Positions 44,900-55,581 of a stretch of DNA of 64,000 nucleotides are shown one piece after another. The DNA comes from Candidatus Poribacteria bacterium. Lineage in GTDB: Bacteria; Poribacteria; WGA-4E; PCPOR2b. Positions within the stretch are counted from its first letter, which is position 1, and every line of letters starts with the position of its first letter. Position numbers and translations under genes: made by a program. The notes under the pieces were generated by a model. That model saw only the letters and a program-made list of their open reading frames with translations. It was not told the origin of the DNA and made no database searches. Where the stretch lies: contig JAJECO010000040.1 in assembly GCA_022822005.1 (NCBI GenBank), positions 192,090 through 256,089 of the forward strand, in the 5' to 3' direction.

Positions 44900-46849
44900 A
44901 TGAAAACATCTCCATCCCAGCGTCCTGAGTCGCGCATAACCTTGCGCGCTGTGTTATTAGGGTTCATCCTAATGCCTGTGAACGCCTATTGGATCGCCAT
45001 GGTCGAGATGGTCTGGCACGGCTTCCACTTCTCCGCGACTTCCATCCCGATGAACGTTATTTTCATCGTTTTCACCCTTGCCCTCGTGAACGCTGGTGTC
45101 TACCGTTTCTTTCCCAATCACGCGCTGACCCAAGCGGAACTACTTGTCATCTACATTATGATGGCAACGACGACATCAGTGATCGCCCACGATAACATGG
45201 TCAGCCTTATGGGGCCGCTCACGCACGCATTCTGGTTCGCCTCACCTGAAAACGAATGGAAACAGCTTATTCATCCCCACCTCCCGAGATGGCTTGTCAT
45301 GGAACACACCGAGATGGCACGTCCATTTTACGAAGGTGGTGCAAATTTCTTCACTGATGGCTATTTGCGTTTCTGGATAGCACCTATCCTGAGCTGGACA
45401 GCAATTGCCACACTGATCTTTTTCCTCGTCGCCTTCCTGAACGTACTAATCCGACGCCAATGGATTGAACACGAGAGGATGCCGTATCCAATCGCTCAAT
45501 TGCCGCTCGATATGACGGCTCCGGGGATGAGTTTCTTCCAGAATCGTGCGATGTGGTGGGGATTTGGGATTGCAGCTACAATCGAAATTATCAATGGGCT
45601 TAACTTTCTTTATCCATCCGTTCCGCTGATACCAATCCGTGAACCGACCGCAGATCTCGCCTTGTGGTTGAACAATGAACCGTGGGATGCAATCGGAACC
45701 ACCTATTTTCACTTGCGACTGTTCATGATCGGATTGTGTTTTCTGCTCCCAATTGATCTAAGCCTCTCGATGGCGTTCTTCTACTGGGTCCGAAAAGCAC
45801 AGTTTATCGGAGGACGGGCTGCTGGTTTGTATACGATCCCCTACTACCCCTTCTTGCCAAACCAAGCCGTTGGTGCTTTCCTGGCGATTATCGCGATGGC
45901 TATATGGGCGGGACGAAAGCACTTCCGGGAAATTCTTAAACGCGTGGTCGGCATGAATACACCCCTTGACGATTCAGAAGAACCGGTGCGATATCGAACT
46001 GCCGTCATTGGCATCTTAATTTGTCTGCTTCTCCTCTATGTGATCTCCAGTCAGGCAGGAATGTCTTTCTGGGTATTCCCACTCTTTTTCGGCTTATACA
46101 TGATAATTGCAGCGGCTGTCACACGTATTCGTGCCGAACTTGGTCCGCCCGTGCATAACATGGGAGGCGTCAATCCACAGACTATCCTGACATCTGTAGC
46201 TGGTGTAACAGCTTTCGGAAAGAGCGATTTGACACTGTTTTCACTTTTTTCATGGTTTAACGGATCAAACCGAAGTCACCCTATGCCCCATCAGCTTGAA
46301 GGCTTCAAACTTGCCCAACGCACAGGGATCAGCAATCGTCGGTTGATGGTAGTTATGCTTCTTGGAATTGCACCCAGCGTCTTCATCGCTTTTCTGGCTT
46401 ATCTTTACTGCTTATACGATTTCGGAGCCTCAATTGCCGTAGATGCTCCCGGACAGGTGTTGGGACCAGGACAATCCGTCTATAACCAACTCTCCGGTTG
46501 GTTCCAATTTCCTCGTGAGATAGATATTTTTGGCACCTTCGCAATCGGCTTGGGGTTGGCGTTTACCATGCTGCTGGGCCTCCTGCGACTCAAATTTATC
46601 TGGTGGCCCCTACACCCGGTCGGATATGCAATGGGCATTAACGGTGGCACCATGGATCACTACTGGTTCGCCCTAATCCTATGCGGCACCATTAAGTTCA
46701 TCGTCTTCAAGGTTGGCGGAGCGCGTTTATATCGACGTTTCTTGCCCTTCTTCCTGGGACTGATTTTGGGAGATGTCGCCAGTGGATGCTACTGGTCAAT
46801 TCTGAGCGTGATTATTGAGACACCGTTGTACGTGGTCTGGTTCTGGTAG
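44900..46849 (+). CDS. Large polytopic membrane protein (about 14 TM; DUF6785/DUF6784-like), upstream of GH51
   Basis: Hydrophobic helices throughout. Start at the ATG at 44900 preceded by ggaggaataa. Paralogous to the partial gene at 1..566. Confidence 0.65.
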   Translation: MKTSPSQRPESRITLRAVLLGFILMPVNAYWIAMVEMVWHGFHFSATSIPMNVIFIVFTLALVNAGVYRFFPNHALTQAELLVIYIMMATTTSVIAHDNMVSLMGPLTHAFWFASPENEWKQLIHPHLPRWLVMEHTEMARPFYEGGANFFTDGYLRFWIAPILSWTAIATLIFFLVAFLNVLIRRQWIEHERMPYPIAQLPLDMTAPGMSFFQNRAMWWGFGIAATIEIINGLNFLYPSVPLIPIREPTADLALWLNNEPWDAIGTTYFHLRLFMIGLCFLLPIDLSLSMAFFYWVRKAQFIGGRAAGLYTIPYYPFLPNQAVGAFLAIIAMAIWAGRKHFREILKRVVGMNTPLDDSEEPVRYRTAVIGILICLLLLYVISSQAGMSFWVFPLFFGLYMIIAAAVTRIRAELGPPVHNMGGVNPQTILTSVAGVTAFGKSDLTLFSLFSWFNGSNRSHPMPHQLEGFKLAQRTGISNRRLMVVMLLGIAPSVFIAFLAYLYCLYDFGASIAVDAPGQVLGPGQSVYNQLSGWFQFPREIDIFGTFAIGLGLAFTMLLGLLRLKFIWWPLHPVGYAMGINGGTMDHYWFALILCGTIKFIVFKVGGARLYRRFLPFFLGLILGDVASGCYWSILSVIIETPLYVVWFW

Positions 46850-46863
46850 GAAAGTGAGGGAGC

Positions 46864-48318
46864 ATGGCAACAATCTTGGTTGACCCACGCCGGCAGATTG
46901 ACGCTATCCATCCGAATATCTACGGAAATTTCATCGAACACCTGCGACGCTGTATCTACGGCGGTATCTACGAAGAAAACTCACCGTTGTCCGATGAGAG
47001 AGGTTTCCGGCAGGATGTGCTTGCAGCCATCAGGTCATTGAAGGTCCCGAATGTCCGTTGGCCCGGTGGAAACTTTGTCTCAGCATATCACTGGATGGAC
47101 GGCATCGGTCCCAAGGACGAACGCCCACGCAAGATGGAACTGGCGTGGAATACGGTCGAATCGAACCGCTTTGGGACAGATGAGTTTATCGAATTTTGCC
47201 GTGCAGTCGGGACGGAACCGTATATCTGCGTCAACATGGGTAACGGCACAATGGATGAGGCACAGCATTGGGTGGAATACTGCAACGGGGCGGAGGATAC
47301 ATACTACGCCAATCTCCGTCGGAAAAATGGACACGACGAACCGTATCGAGTGAAATACTGGGCATTGGGTAACGAGGTTTCAGGGCACTGGAAGATCGGA
47401 CATAAGCCAGCGGAGGAGTACGCTGCCCTTGCGTACGAATACGCGAAAGTGATGAAACTGGTTGATAAAAATATCGAACTGGCTGCCTGTGGCTCATTTG
47501 AACAAAATGCCTCCGATATGAAATGGAATCAGGTAGTGGTCGAAAAACTGGCAGACATCGCCGATTACCTCGCTATCCACATGTACGTTGGCGATTGGTA
47601 CGGCGGTTATTACGAGTATATGACCGCATCTGAGCATATCGAGAAATTTATCCGTGCCGCTCGTGGGATCATCGACGTTGGCGTGTATTATTCAGAAAGT
47701 GGGAAGAAACTTAAAATCGCCTTCGACGAATGGAATGTGATGTACAGCCACGATCCCAAGCATCCACGGCATGAGCGATACACATTACAGGACGCCTTAG
47801 CAGTCGGTATGTTCCTCAACGCTTTTCTCCGCCATGCGGACGCAATTAAGCTGGCAAACATGGCGCAATTGGTCAATGTTATTGCGCCCATCCACACCAA
47901 TACGGAAGGACTGTTTTTGCAGACAATCTTCTGGCCCCTGCAACTACACACCCTCGAAAATGGGAGAATCGCACTCGACACGCACTGGGAATCGGACTGT
48001 TTTGAGACGGAAGCACACGGCAAAGTTCCATACCTGGATGTCTCCGCGAGTTATCAGCCCGATCTTGGGCGTATGTCGATTAACCTGATTAACAAGCATC
48101 GCACGGATGCGCTGCCGGTCACAATCGAAAATCAGCACGGCAGCCTCAAGCGCGATGGCATTCTGTTTGAGATTACCGGTGAGGATCCCATAGTGACAAA
48201 TGACTTTGGCGAAGAAAATGTAAAACTGGACAAGTGTGAATTGGAGGTGCCATCTAATCCGTTCACAGTCATACTACCGCCGCATTCGATTTCGATGGTG
48301 CAGGTATACCTCGAGTGA
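46864..48318 (+). CDS. abfA: Alpha-L-arabinofuranosidase, glycoside hydrolase family 51
   Basis: ...NVRWPGGNFVSAYHWMDGIGP...RFGTDEFIEFC...YWALGNEVSG (acid/base Glu)...FDEWNV (nucleophile Glu region), GH51 signature. Confidence 0.85.
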   Translation: MATILVDPRRQIDAIHPNIYGNFIEHLRRCIYGGIYEENSPLSDERGFRQDVLAAIRSLKVPNVRWPGGNFVSAYHWMDGIGPKDERPRKMELAWNTVESNRFGTDEFIEFCRAVGTEPYICVNMGNGTMDEAQHWVEYCNGAEDTYYANLRRKNGHDEPYRVKYWALGNEVSGHWKIGHKPAEEYAALAYEYAKVMKLVDKNIELAACGSFEQNASDMKWNQVVVEKLADIADYLAIHMYVGDWYGGYYEYMTASEHIEKFIRAARGIIDVGVYYSESGKKLKIAFDEWNVMYSHDPKHPRHERYTLQDALAVGMFLNAFLRHADAIKLANMAQLVNVIAPIHTNTEGLFLQTIFWPLQLHTLENGRIALDTHWESDCFETEAHGKVPYLDVSASYQPDLGRMSINLINKHRTDALPVTIENQHGSLKRDGILFEITGEDPIVTNDFGEENVKLDKCELEVPSNPFTVILPPHSISMVQVYLE

Positions 48319-48421
48319 CACACTATTCACCTTTTCACTGCTGTTAGCTGCGTAAAATTTGGCAGCCTCCGACATGAAACAGAGGTACTCTCCTCTGAAA
48401 TAAGTAAAGGATATAGAGACC

Positions 48422-49861
48422 ATGGGAACAGGCACAGAGCGTCCGAATCTTTTGTACATCCATTCCGACCAACACAACCCCGCTGTCATCGGTTGTTATG
48501 GTGATCCGCTGGTGCAGACTCCTAACCTCGACGGTCTTGCAGCACAGGGAACTCTCTTCACAAACGTCTACTGCCCATCCCCTGTATGTGTGCCATCACG
48601 GATGTCGATGTTGGCAGGGCAGTATCCGTCTGACATTGAGGTCTGGACGAACAGTCACATCTTGGATTCCGGGATCCCTACCTTCGCACACGCGATGGGA
48701 GCAGCAGGATACCACCCGGTGTTGATTGGTCGGATGCACGGATTGGGACCAGATCAACTGCACGGTTACGCGGAGCGATTGGTCGGTGATCACGGTGGCA
48801 ACTACCCCGGCAATGGAGCGGCCCCGAAAAATTCACGGGGCAGCCTACAAAAATCAGGGACTGGTCAAAGCAGCTATCAGGTCCACGACGAGGATGTGAC
48901 CGCTGCTACCGTGAATTACCTCGACCGACTCGGTGTTCAAAAGCGGGCTGGCTTGCCAGCGGAACCGTTCTGCCTATCGGTAGGATTCATGCTTCCACAT
49001 TCGCCCTATGTGGCACGCCGGGAGGATTATGAACTTTATCGAGACGTGATGACCCTCCCCAAACATCCTGAACCGTTCTCCGATTCACTCCATCCCTACT
49101 TCAAGTGGTGGAGAGAGTGGGGCGGTCTCATTGATGTGCCTGAATCAGAGATTCTCAGTGCGCGAACCGCATATTGGGCGTTGGTGACACGGATGGACAT
49201 AATGATTGGTGAGATTCTTACCGCGCTCCGAAAGAATGGCCTCGCCGACAATACACTTATCATCTACAGTTCTGATCACGGAGACCAAGTCGGCGAACAC
49301 GGGTTATGGATGAAGCGTACGTTCTATGAGGCATCGGTTAAGGTGCCGGCGATTCTCTCCTGGCCCGGTGCCTTGCCGGAAGGCGTTCAGTGTGATAATG
49401 TTCTCAGTTCGCTTGACCTAAACGCGACAATGCTGGACGCTCTCGGTGCACCGCCTCTACCCAACGCTCGTGGCAGAAGCGTTCTTGATCTGCTACGTCA
49501 GGGCGATACGGAATGGGAAGATCTTGCTTTCTCCGAATACTGTACCTATGAGGACTGTTTGCATCGAATGGTCCGACGGGATGAGTGGAAACTGAATTAC
49601 TACCACGATCAAGAGCCGCAGCTTTTTAACCTCGCTGAAGATCCCGACGAATTACGAGATCGGGCGCAGGATCCGGATTGCCGAGAAATACGGGAACGCC
49701 TGACCGCCGAGGTTCTGGACGGGTGGGATCCCGAAGCGGTTGCCGAGAAGATGGCAGAGAAACGGGCGGACCTGGAGATAATCCGCTCCTGGGCAGAACA
49801 CATCAAACCGAACGACCAATTCCGTTGGGACCGCCGGCCGGAGATGGACTATCTGGATTGA
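48422..49861 (+). CDS. Sulfatase (Cys-type formylglycine arylsulfatase family)
   Basis: LLYIHSDQH...CPSPVCVPSRMSMLAGQYP (C-x-P-x-R motif), ...IIYSSDHGDQVGEHG.... Confidence 0.85.
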   Translation: MGTGTERPNLLYIHSDQHNPAVIGCYGDPLVQTPNLDGLAAQGTLFTNVYCPSPVCVPSRMSMLAGQYPSDIEVWTNSHILDSGIPTFAHAMGAAGYHPVLIGRMHGLGPDQLHGYAERLVGDHGGNYPGNGAAPKNSRGSLQKSGTGQSSYQVHDEDVTAATVNYLDRLGVQKRAGLPAEPFCLSVGFMLPHSPYVARREDYELYRDVMTLPKHPEPFSDSLHPYFKWWREWGGLIDVPESEILSARTAYWALVTRMDIMIGEILTALRKNGLADNTLIIYSSDHGDQVGEHGLWMKRTFYEASVKVPAILSWPGALPEGVQCDNVLSSLDLNATMLDALGAPPLPNARGRSVLDLLRQGDTEWEDLAFSEYCTYEDCLHRMVRRDEWKLNYYHDQEPQLFNLAEDPDELRDRAQDPDCREIRERLTAEVLDGWDPEAVAEKMAEKRADLEIIRSWAEHIKPNDQFRWDRRPEMDYLD

Positions 49862-49896
49862 ACCCCTTCTAATCAACACAAGGAGATCCACGTCAG

Positions 49897-51987
49897 ATGT
49901 TATATTGGTTAGCCACCGCCGTTCTGAGTGCATCGGGCACAACTTCCACGTCTCCTCCTATCGCAAAGACTCAACCAAAACCTGACACTGTACATGGGGA
50001 AGAACGGATCGATAACTATTTTTGGCTAAGGGAGAAATCAAATCCAGAAGTTATCGAATACCTCGAAGCCGAAAACAGATACACCGAAGCCGTGATGCAG
50101 CACACTGAGGATTTTCAGAAACAGCTGTATCAAGAGCTTTTGGGGAGGATTCAAGAAACCGATCTCTCCGTTCCCGAAAAGATGGGTGACTACTACTATT
50201 ACACTCGCACTGAAGAAGGGAAACAGTATCCGATCTATTGTCGAAAAAAGGGAAGTTTGGAGGCGGAGGAAGAGATACTCCTGGATCAGAATATACTTGC
50301 CCAAGGGCATGACTATCTGGAAATGGGTATCTATAAGATCAGTCCGAATCATCAATTACTGGCTTACTCCACCGATACAACCGGTGGGGAGAGTTATACA
50401 CTGTACATCAAAGATCTGAATACCGGTCAACTGCTATCAGACCAAATTCCAAATACCTATTACAGTGTTGAATGGGCAAACGATAACCAGACCCTCTTGT
50501 ACACCACGCTGGATGCAGCAAAGCGCCCCCATAAACTTCACAGACATCAACTCGGCAGCGACCCGGCAGCAGATGTGCTCATCTATCATGAAACAGATGA
50601 GTCGTTTTTTCTCGACGTCTCCAAGACGAGAAGCAAGGCTTACTTGCTGATGGAACTGGAGAATATTAATACTTCTGAAGTCCACTATCTGGAAGCGGAT
50701 CAACCTACAGGTGATTTCAAAGTCATTTCCCCACGCCAGTCGGAGTTGGAGTACTCCGTTGAACATCACAGCGATCAGTTTCTCATCGTCACTAATGTGG
50801 ATGCGGTGACTTTCAAGCTGATGCGCGCTCCTATCAACAATCCGTCGAGGGAAAATTGGGAGGAAGTGATTCCTCATCGGGAGTCGGTAAAGTTAGACAG
50901 CATCAGTGCTTTTCAGAACCATCTGGTGATTTCTGAGCGGGAAGGTGGGCTTCGAAAAATCCGGATTCGTAACCTTGCCACGAGCCAAGAGCACACAGTG
51001 GATTTCCCTGAACCTGTCTATACTGTTCATCAGGGAAGAAACCCGGAGTTCAATACAGCCACCCTCCGTTTCAACTACGGCTCGCTGGTTACCCCAATGT
51101 CGGTCTTTGATTACGAGATGGACGAAAGAACCCGCGAATTGAAGAAGCAAGACGAAGTCCTCGGTGGATATGATCCGTCCCTTTACAAATCGGAGCGAAT
51201 TTTCGCCGAAGCCGCGGATGGCACCCCCATTCCTATCTCGGTGGTATATAAAAAGGGACTGGTCAAAGACGGAAAGAATCCACTGCTTTTATACGGATAC
51301 GGTTCCTACGGCATCAACAGCGATCCCTACTTTTCATCGAACCGACTGAGCCTGTTAGATCGAGGGTTCGGGTACGCCATCGCTCACATCCGGGGCGGCG
51401 AAGAGATGGGGCGAATGTGGTATGAACATGGCAAACTCCTCCACAAAAGGAACACCTTCACCGACTTTATCGCCTGTGCCGAGCACTTGATTGGGGAGAA
51501 CTATACTGCGAGCAACAAGCTGATTATTCAAGGCGGCAGCGCGGGCGGGTTGCTCATGGGCGCTGTCACAAATATGCGTCCAGAACTTTTTGAGATCGTT
51601 ATTGCGAAAGTACCATTCGTCGATGTCGTCAACACGATGCTCGATGCCTCCATCCCCCTCACAGTCATCGAATATGACGAGTGGGGCAACCCCAATGAGA
51701 AGGAGTATTACGATTACATCAAATCGTATTCCCCCTATGACAATGTTGAAGCGAAAGAATATCCACACATATTGGTGACAGCAGGTCTTAACGATCCACG
51801 GGTGCACTATTGGGAACCCGCGAAATGGACAGCGAAGCTGCGCGCGCTGAAAACGGGGGACAATCGGCTGCTTCTCAGGACGGAGATGGGCGCGGGCCAT
51901 GCGGGACCTTCAGGACGATATGACTACTTGAAGGAGATCGCTTTTGAGTATGCGTTTATCTTCGATCTATTGGGAATAGACAAATAG
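49897..51987 (+). CDS. ptrB: Prolyl oligopeptidase family S9A peptidase, oligopeptidase B-like
   Basis: N-terminal beta-propeller plus C-terminal peptidase GGSAGGLLMG (GxSxG), ...LNDPRV..., ...GAGHAGPSGRY.... Confidence 0.8.
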   Translation: MLYWLATAVLSASGTTSTSPPIAKTQPKPDTVHGEERIDNYFWLREKSNPEVIEYLEAENRYTEAVMQHTEDFQKQLYQELLGRIQETDLSVPEKMGDYYYYTRTEEGKQYPIYCRKKGSLEAEEEILLDQNILAQGHDYLEMGIYKISPNHQLLAYSTDTTGGESYTLYIKDLNTGQLLSDQIPNTYYSVEWANDNQTLLYTTLDAAKRPHKLHRHQLGSDPAADVLIYHETDESFFLDVSKTRSKAYLLMELENINTSEVHYLEADQPTGDFKVISPRQSELEYSVEHHSDQFLIVTNVDAVTFKLMRAPINNPSRENWEEVIPHRESVKLDSISAFQNHLVISEREGGLRKIRIRNLATSQEHTVDFPEPVYTVHQGRNPEFNTATLRFNYGSLVTPMSVFDYEMDERTRELKKQDEVLGGYDPSLYKSERIFAEAADGTPIPISVVYKKGLVKDGKNPLLLYGYGSYGINSDPYFSSNRLSLLDRGFGYAIAHIRGGEEMGRMWYEHGKLLHKRNTFTDFIACAEHLIGENYTASNKLIIQGGSAGGLLMGAVTNMRPELFEIVIAKVPFVDVVNTMLDASIPLTVIEYDEWGNPNEKEYYDYIKSYSPYDNVEAKEYPHILVTAGLNDPRVHYWEPAKWTAKLRALKTGDNRLLLRTEMGAGHAGPSGRYDYLKEIAFEYAFIFDLLGIDK

Positions 51988-52114
51988 GCGGCATACTTCT
52001 GTGATGTGTGAAATGTGAAGTTAGTTCATTGGGTAATTAATGAACGAGTCAACTAATGAACTCATACATTGAGTCTCCAACACTCCAACTATCCAATTAT
52101 TAACGAGGTGACAG

Positions 52115-52882
52115 ATGAGTTTACAAGATAAAGTTTGTATCATTACCGGCGGCGGCAGTGGAATCGGTCGCGGCGCGGGGATAATGATGGCACAGCAGGG
52201 TGCCAAGGTTGTCTTGGTCGGTAGGACCGCCTCCAAGGTCGAAGTGGTCAGAGATGAGATCATCGCCGATGGTGGTACGGCTGTAGCTATTGCATTAGAT
52301 GTCGCTGATCACGATGCCGTCCACCAGATGGCAAAGGATGTGCTCGACACCTTTGGTCGGATTGATGTGCTGGTAAATAACGCTGGTCACAGCTCCAAAA
52401 ACCGGAGGCTGCTGACCATTACGCCTGAGGAGATTCGTAGGGTCTTCGATTCTAACGTGACTGGCACAATTTACTGTACTCAGGCGGTAGTTCCTGCGAT
52501 GCTGAAGGCGAAGCAGGGCACTATTATTAACGTATCGTCTCTGGCTGCTGTAACTCCTGGGCCTTTCAGCGGATTGGCGTACGGTCCTGCAAAGGCAGCG
52601 GTAATCAACTTCACCGATTTTCTCAATGTCGATCTTCGGAATACCGGCATTCGGGCAAGCGTTATTATTCCCGGCGAGGTTGACACCCCCATCCTTGATA
52701 AGCGCCCCGTCCCGCCTCCCGACGAAACCCGTCCAGAGATGGTGGATGTGGATGAAACTTCGGCGACAATTTGTCTCATGGCGAGTCTCCCACAACGGAC
52801 TAACCTCCCGTCAGTGGTCATCAGACCGACAATGCAGCGGGATACAGCCGGAGAGGTAGAGGCGATGCCAGAGGTGAACTGA
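52115..52882 (+). CDS. SDR-family oxidoreductase
   Basis: ITGGGSGIGRG, NNAG, YGPAKAA (YxxxK). Confidence 0.8.
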   Translation: MSLQDKVCIITGGGSGIGRGAGIMMAQQGAKVVLVGRTASKVEVVRDEIIADGGTAVAIALDVADHDAVHQMAKDVLDTFGRIDVLVNNAGHSSKNRRLLTITPEEIRRVFDSNVTGTIYCTQAVVPAMLKAKQGTIINVSSLAAVTPGPFSGLAYGPAKAAVINFTDFLNVDLRNTGIRASVIIPGEVDTPILDKRPVPPPDETRPEMVDVDETSATICLMASLPQRTNLPSVVIRPTMQRDTAGEVEAMPEVN

Positions 52883-52977
52883 GCGAATGAGCGGACTTTA
52901 ACGCAAGGACGCAGGCAGAAAACGCATCCCTCGATAACCTCTCAAAGCGTAGCGGGACTGGAAGGAGAAAAGACGAC

Positions 52978-54381
52978 ATGCCAACGACCAATCCTTATCT
53001 CGAACTAGACCAAAAAATCGTTGGAGATATATACACCTCAACTGAACCGATGGCATTGCTCACAACACTCTGTGACGATTTCGGATCACGATTCGGCGGG
53101 ACAGAAGGTGCAGCTCTTGCTGCTAATCTGCTAGAGGAGAAATTCGCTGCCTATGGACTGGCTAACGTCCATAAGGATGCCTACGCCTACAATGGATGGT
53201 ATCGTGGGGCAGCGTCCTTAGAGGTTCTCAATCCCGTAGTGCGCGAAGTGCCGTGCATCTCGCTGCCATACTGTCCAGCTGCAGAGGTAGAGGGGGATCT
53301 CGTTTTTGTCGATGAAGGGGTAGAGAAAGATTTCGAGAAAGAGAAAGACCGTCTAGCGGACAGTATTGTCATTTCCCGGAGCGGTGGCATCCACCGTATG
53401 GAGAAGTATGATCGCGCTATTTTATACGACTCCAAGGGGTTTATTTTTCAAAATCACTATCCCGGCTATGGAGAGGTCACCGGCACCGTTGGCTGGAACC
53501 ACGAAGCGGTTATCCCCGGCATCGGGATCTCCTATGAGACCGGCGAATTTCTTCACCGATTGTCTCGGCAAAATGAGGCAGTGCGTGTAAGAATTAAGAC
53601 CACTGATGCATATCGCAACACAACAGCGTGGAACATCGTGGGGGAGATTCGTGGAAAAACGCAGCCCGAAGAAGTCATCATTGTTGGCTGTCATTACGAT
53701 GGACACGACATCACGCAGGGCGCCAATGACCCGCTCAGTGGGATGGTAGTCGTCACAGAGATGGCGCGTGTGTTGTCGGCTTATGCAGGGGATGGATTGG
53801 CTCGTACCGTACGATTTATTGCTTGGAGCAATGAAGAGGTGGGGCTATTCGGCGCCTATCACGACGCCGAAGGATTAGGCGACAATCCGGCGCACGTTCG
53901 CTTCGCTTGGAATTTGGATTCTGCCGGTAACCCCGGCGGACGTAAAGGGATTCAGCTTCACCGGTTGCCGGATTTTGAACCTTTCATTGAAAACGCAGCC
54001 GAAGAGATGGGACAAGACATTTCTGTTGGACAGGGGATGAGTTGCTACTCTGATCACTACCCCTATTTTCTTAAGGGCCTCCCAACTGGCAGCATAACAA
54101 CGGTTGGGCGTCCGCCCGGCAGGGGTTTTGGACATACGGCGTTTGACACGGTGGATAAGACCGACGTGATGTCTATCCGCGAAGCAGCGGCGCTTGGCGC
54201 ACGACTTGTGCTGCGTCAGTCGAATGCAGAATCGTTGCCACTCCAACTCCGAAAGGCGGACGAGGTTGAGGGGATGCTGAAGGAGGACTCCGGATTGGAA
54301 CAACATCGGCTGCGGGAAGCGGTTTACGGGAAACTCGGTAAGGAGAACCTGCGGCAGTATTGCGACGCGGTCAGAACGTGA
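52978..54381 (+). CDS. M28-family zinc aminopeptidase with PA-like insert
   Basis: ...VGCHYDGHD..., ...NDPLSG..., ...WSNEEVGLFGA... (Glu-Glu), ...DHYPY.... Confidence 0.7.
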   Translation: MPTTNPYLELDQKIVGDIYTSTEPMALLTTLCDDFGSRFGGTEGAALAANLLEEKFAAYGLANVHKDAYAYNGWYRGAASLEVLNPVVREVPCISLPYCPAAEVEGDLVFVDEGVEKDFEKEKDRLADSIVISRSGGIHRMEKYDRAILYDSKGFIFQNHYPGYGEVTGTVGWNHEAVIPGIGISYETGEFLHRLSRQNEAVRVRIKTTDAYRNTTAWNIVGEIRGKTQPEEVIIVGCHYDGHDITQGANDPLSGMVVVTEMARVLSAYAGDGLARTVRFIAWSNEEVGLFGAYHDAEGLGDNPAHVRFAWNLDSAGNPGGRKGIQLHRLPDFEPFIENAAEEMGQDISVGQGMSCYSDHYPYFLKGLPTGSITTVGRPPGRGFGHTAFDTVDKTDVMSIREAAALGARLVLRQSNAESLPLQLRKADEVEGMLKEDSGLEQHRLREAVYGKLGKENLRQYCDAVRT

Positions 54382-54390
54382 TGGGTGCAA

Positions 54391-54528
54391 TCAGGCGCCC
54401 TTTTTGTGATTTTGACGTTTTCGCGCACCCCTTAACAGTTGCTGTCGCATTGTTTCAACTTGCTTTTTTCGCGTTAGATTTTGGGCGACCGTTTCTGCGA
54501 ATCTCTTGGGTTTGCGTTTCGGCTTCAT
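54391..54528 (-). CDS. Small highly basic hypothetical protein (45 aa), not in ORF track
   Basis: Manual minus-strand translation: MKPKRKPKRFAETVAQNLTRKKQVETMRQQLLRGARKRQNHKKGA. Perfect SD aggagg 9 nt upstream of the ATG at 54528. Sits in a 214-bp gap between convergent neighbours. Confidence 0.5.
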   Translation of the reverse strand: MKPKRKPKRFAETVAQNLTRKKQVETMRQQLLRGARKRQNHKKGA

Positions 54529-54595
54529 AGTTAATACCCTCCTACTGTTCGGAAACGCCCCTCTGCCAACAGGGTTTCACCAATCACCCCACGAT

Positions 54596-55390
54596 TCACC
54601 GCATGAAGTCCTCGCTGTTGGTAATCGTCACTCCCAATTGTGACATGTCGTGCAGAAACGCATCGCCGAACGATTCAAAGCCGGGGACATTCGACGAACA
54701 ATCCTCAAGGATGACAAACTTCTTTGCCCCCTCGTCTCCAAGCTCGGCAGCGACATCTCGCACCGTACTTGCAACGCAATGAGATAACGCCTCGCCAACG
54801 ATAATCACCTGATCACACCGTTCCACTTTCTGGATTAGATCGGTGTTGAGCTGTGTTGCGGGATCGTCCGGATCTGGTACATCTGCCTTCACCGCGCTGT
54901 AGTGTTCGGTGAAAATATTTGAACCTTTCGTTACGAAATCAACAACCCCCAATTGGGATCCCTCCCAGTCCTGCACCACCTGATCCACAGAAGGATAGAG
55001 TGCACTCCCCCACGTTGCGATCCGGCAGTGTATGGGCCAAATCGTCAGTTGATACCGATTATTTTCCTCCAACAGCCGTGTGTAATCCAGCATCCGTTGG
55101 GTAAACGCTGAATCGTACGGCAGCCAATTCCCAGTTTTGACATCTTCATGCGTGATAATGGTGAATGGTTTCGGCGATTCACCGGCACTATTTTTCCAAA
55201 ATATCGGATGTCCGACATCAACCGTGTGATGGGTGTCAAGCGTGAAGTGCATATTGTGTAGACGACTACCAATCCGAGCGATAAACGCTGCCAAGCGGGT
55301 CATGTCGTTTTCTGCGCCCGGCACATAAAGCGCGCCATCCGGATCACAGAAATCATTTTGGCAATCAATAGCTAAAAGTTCAACACACAT
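54596..55390 (-). CDS. Isochorismatase-family cysteine hydrolase
   Basis: LLAIDCQNDF (catalytic Asp), ...IIVGEALSHCVASTVRD (catalytic Cys). Start at the internal MCVELLA. Confidence 0.65.
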   Translation of the reverse strand: MCVELLAIDCQNDFCDPDGALYVPGAENDMTRLAAFIARIGSRLHNMHFTLDTHHTVDVGHPIFWKNSAGESPKPFTIITHEDVKTGNWLPYDSAFTQRMLDYTRLLEENNRYQLTIWPIHCRIATWGSALYPSVDQVVQDWEGSQLGVVDFVTKGSNIFTEHYSAVKADVPDPDDPATQLNTDLIQKVERCDQVIIVGEALSHCVASTVRDVAAELGDEGAKKFVILEDCSSNVPGFESFGDAFLHDMSQLGVTITNSEDFMR

Positions 55391-55581
55391 GGCTAACCTC
55401 CTTTTTTCACGGACTTCCTGAAACAATTTGCTGCTTGGGGATTTTTATGTTTGATCGTGGTGTAATTATACTACAATACCCGTTTGATAAACGATATAAA
55501 AAGATGTATAATAATCCAAATTGCTATTTTCTGACGCTTAGGTTATCAAGCAACTTGCGCTAATATCAGAGGAAAGGAGCA

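Noticed and set aside
51355-51900. 181-aa minus-strand ORF (and other antisense ORFs at 50437..50877, 42703..43119, 53875..54390, 52295..52795)
   Set aside because: All are embedded antisense in strongly supported peptidase, hydrolase or SDR genes, with no independent evidence.
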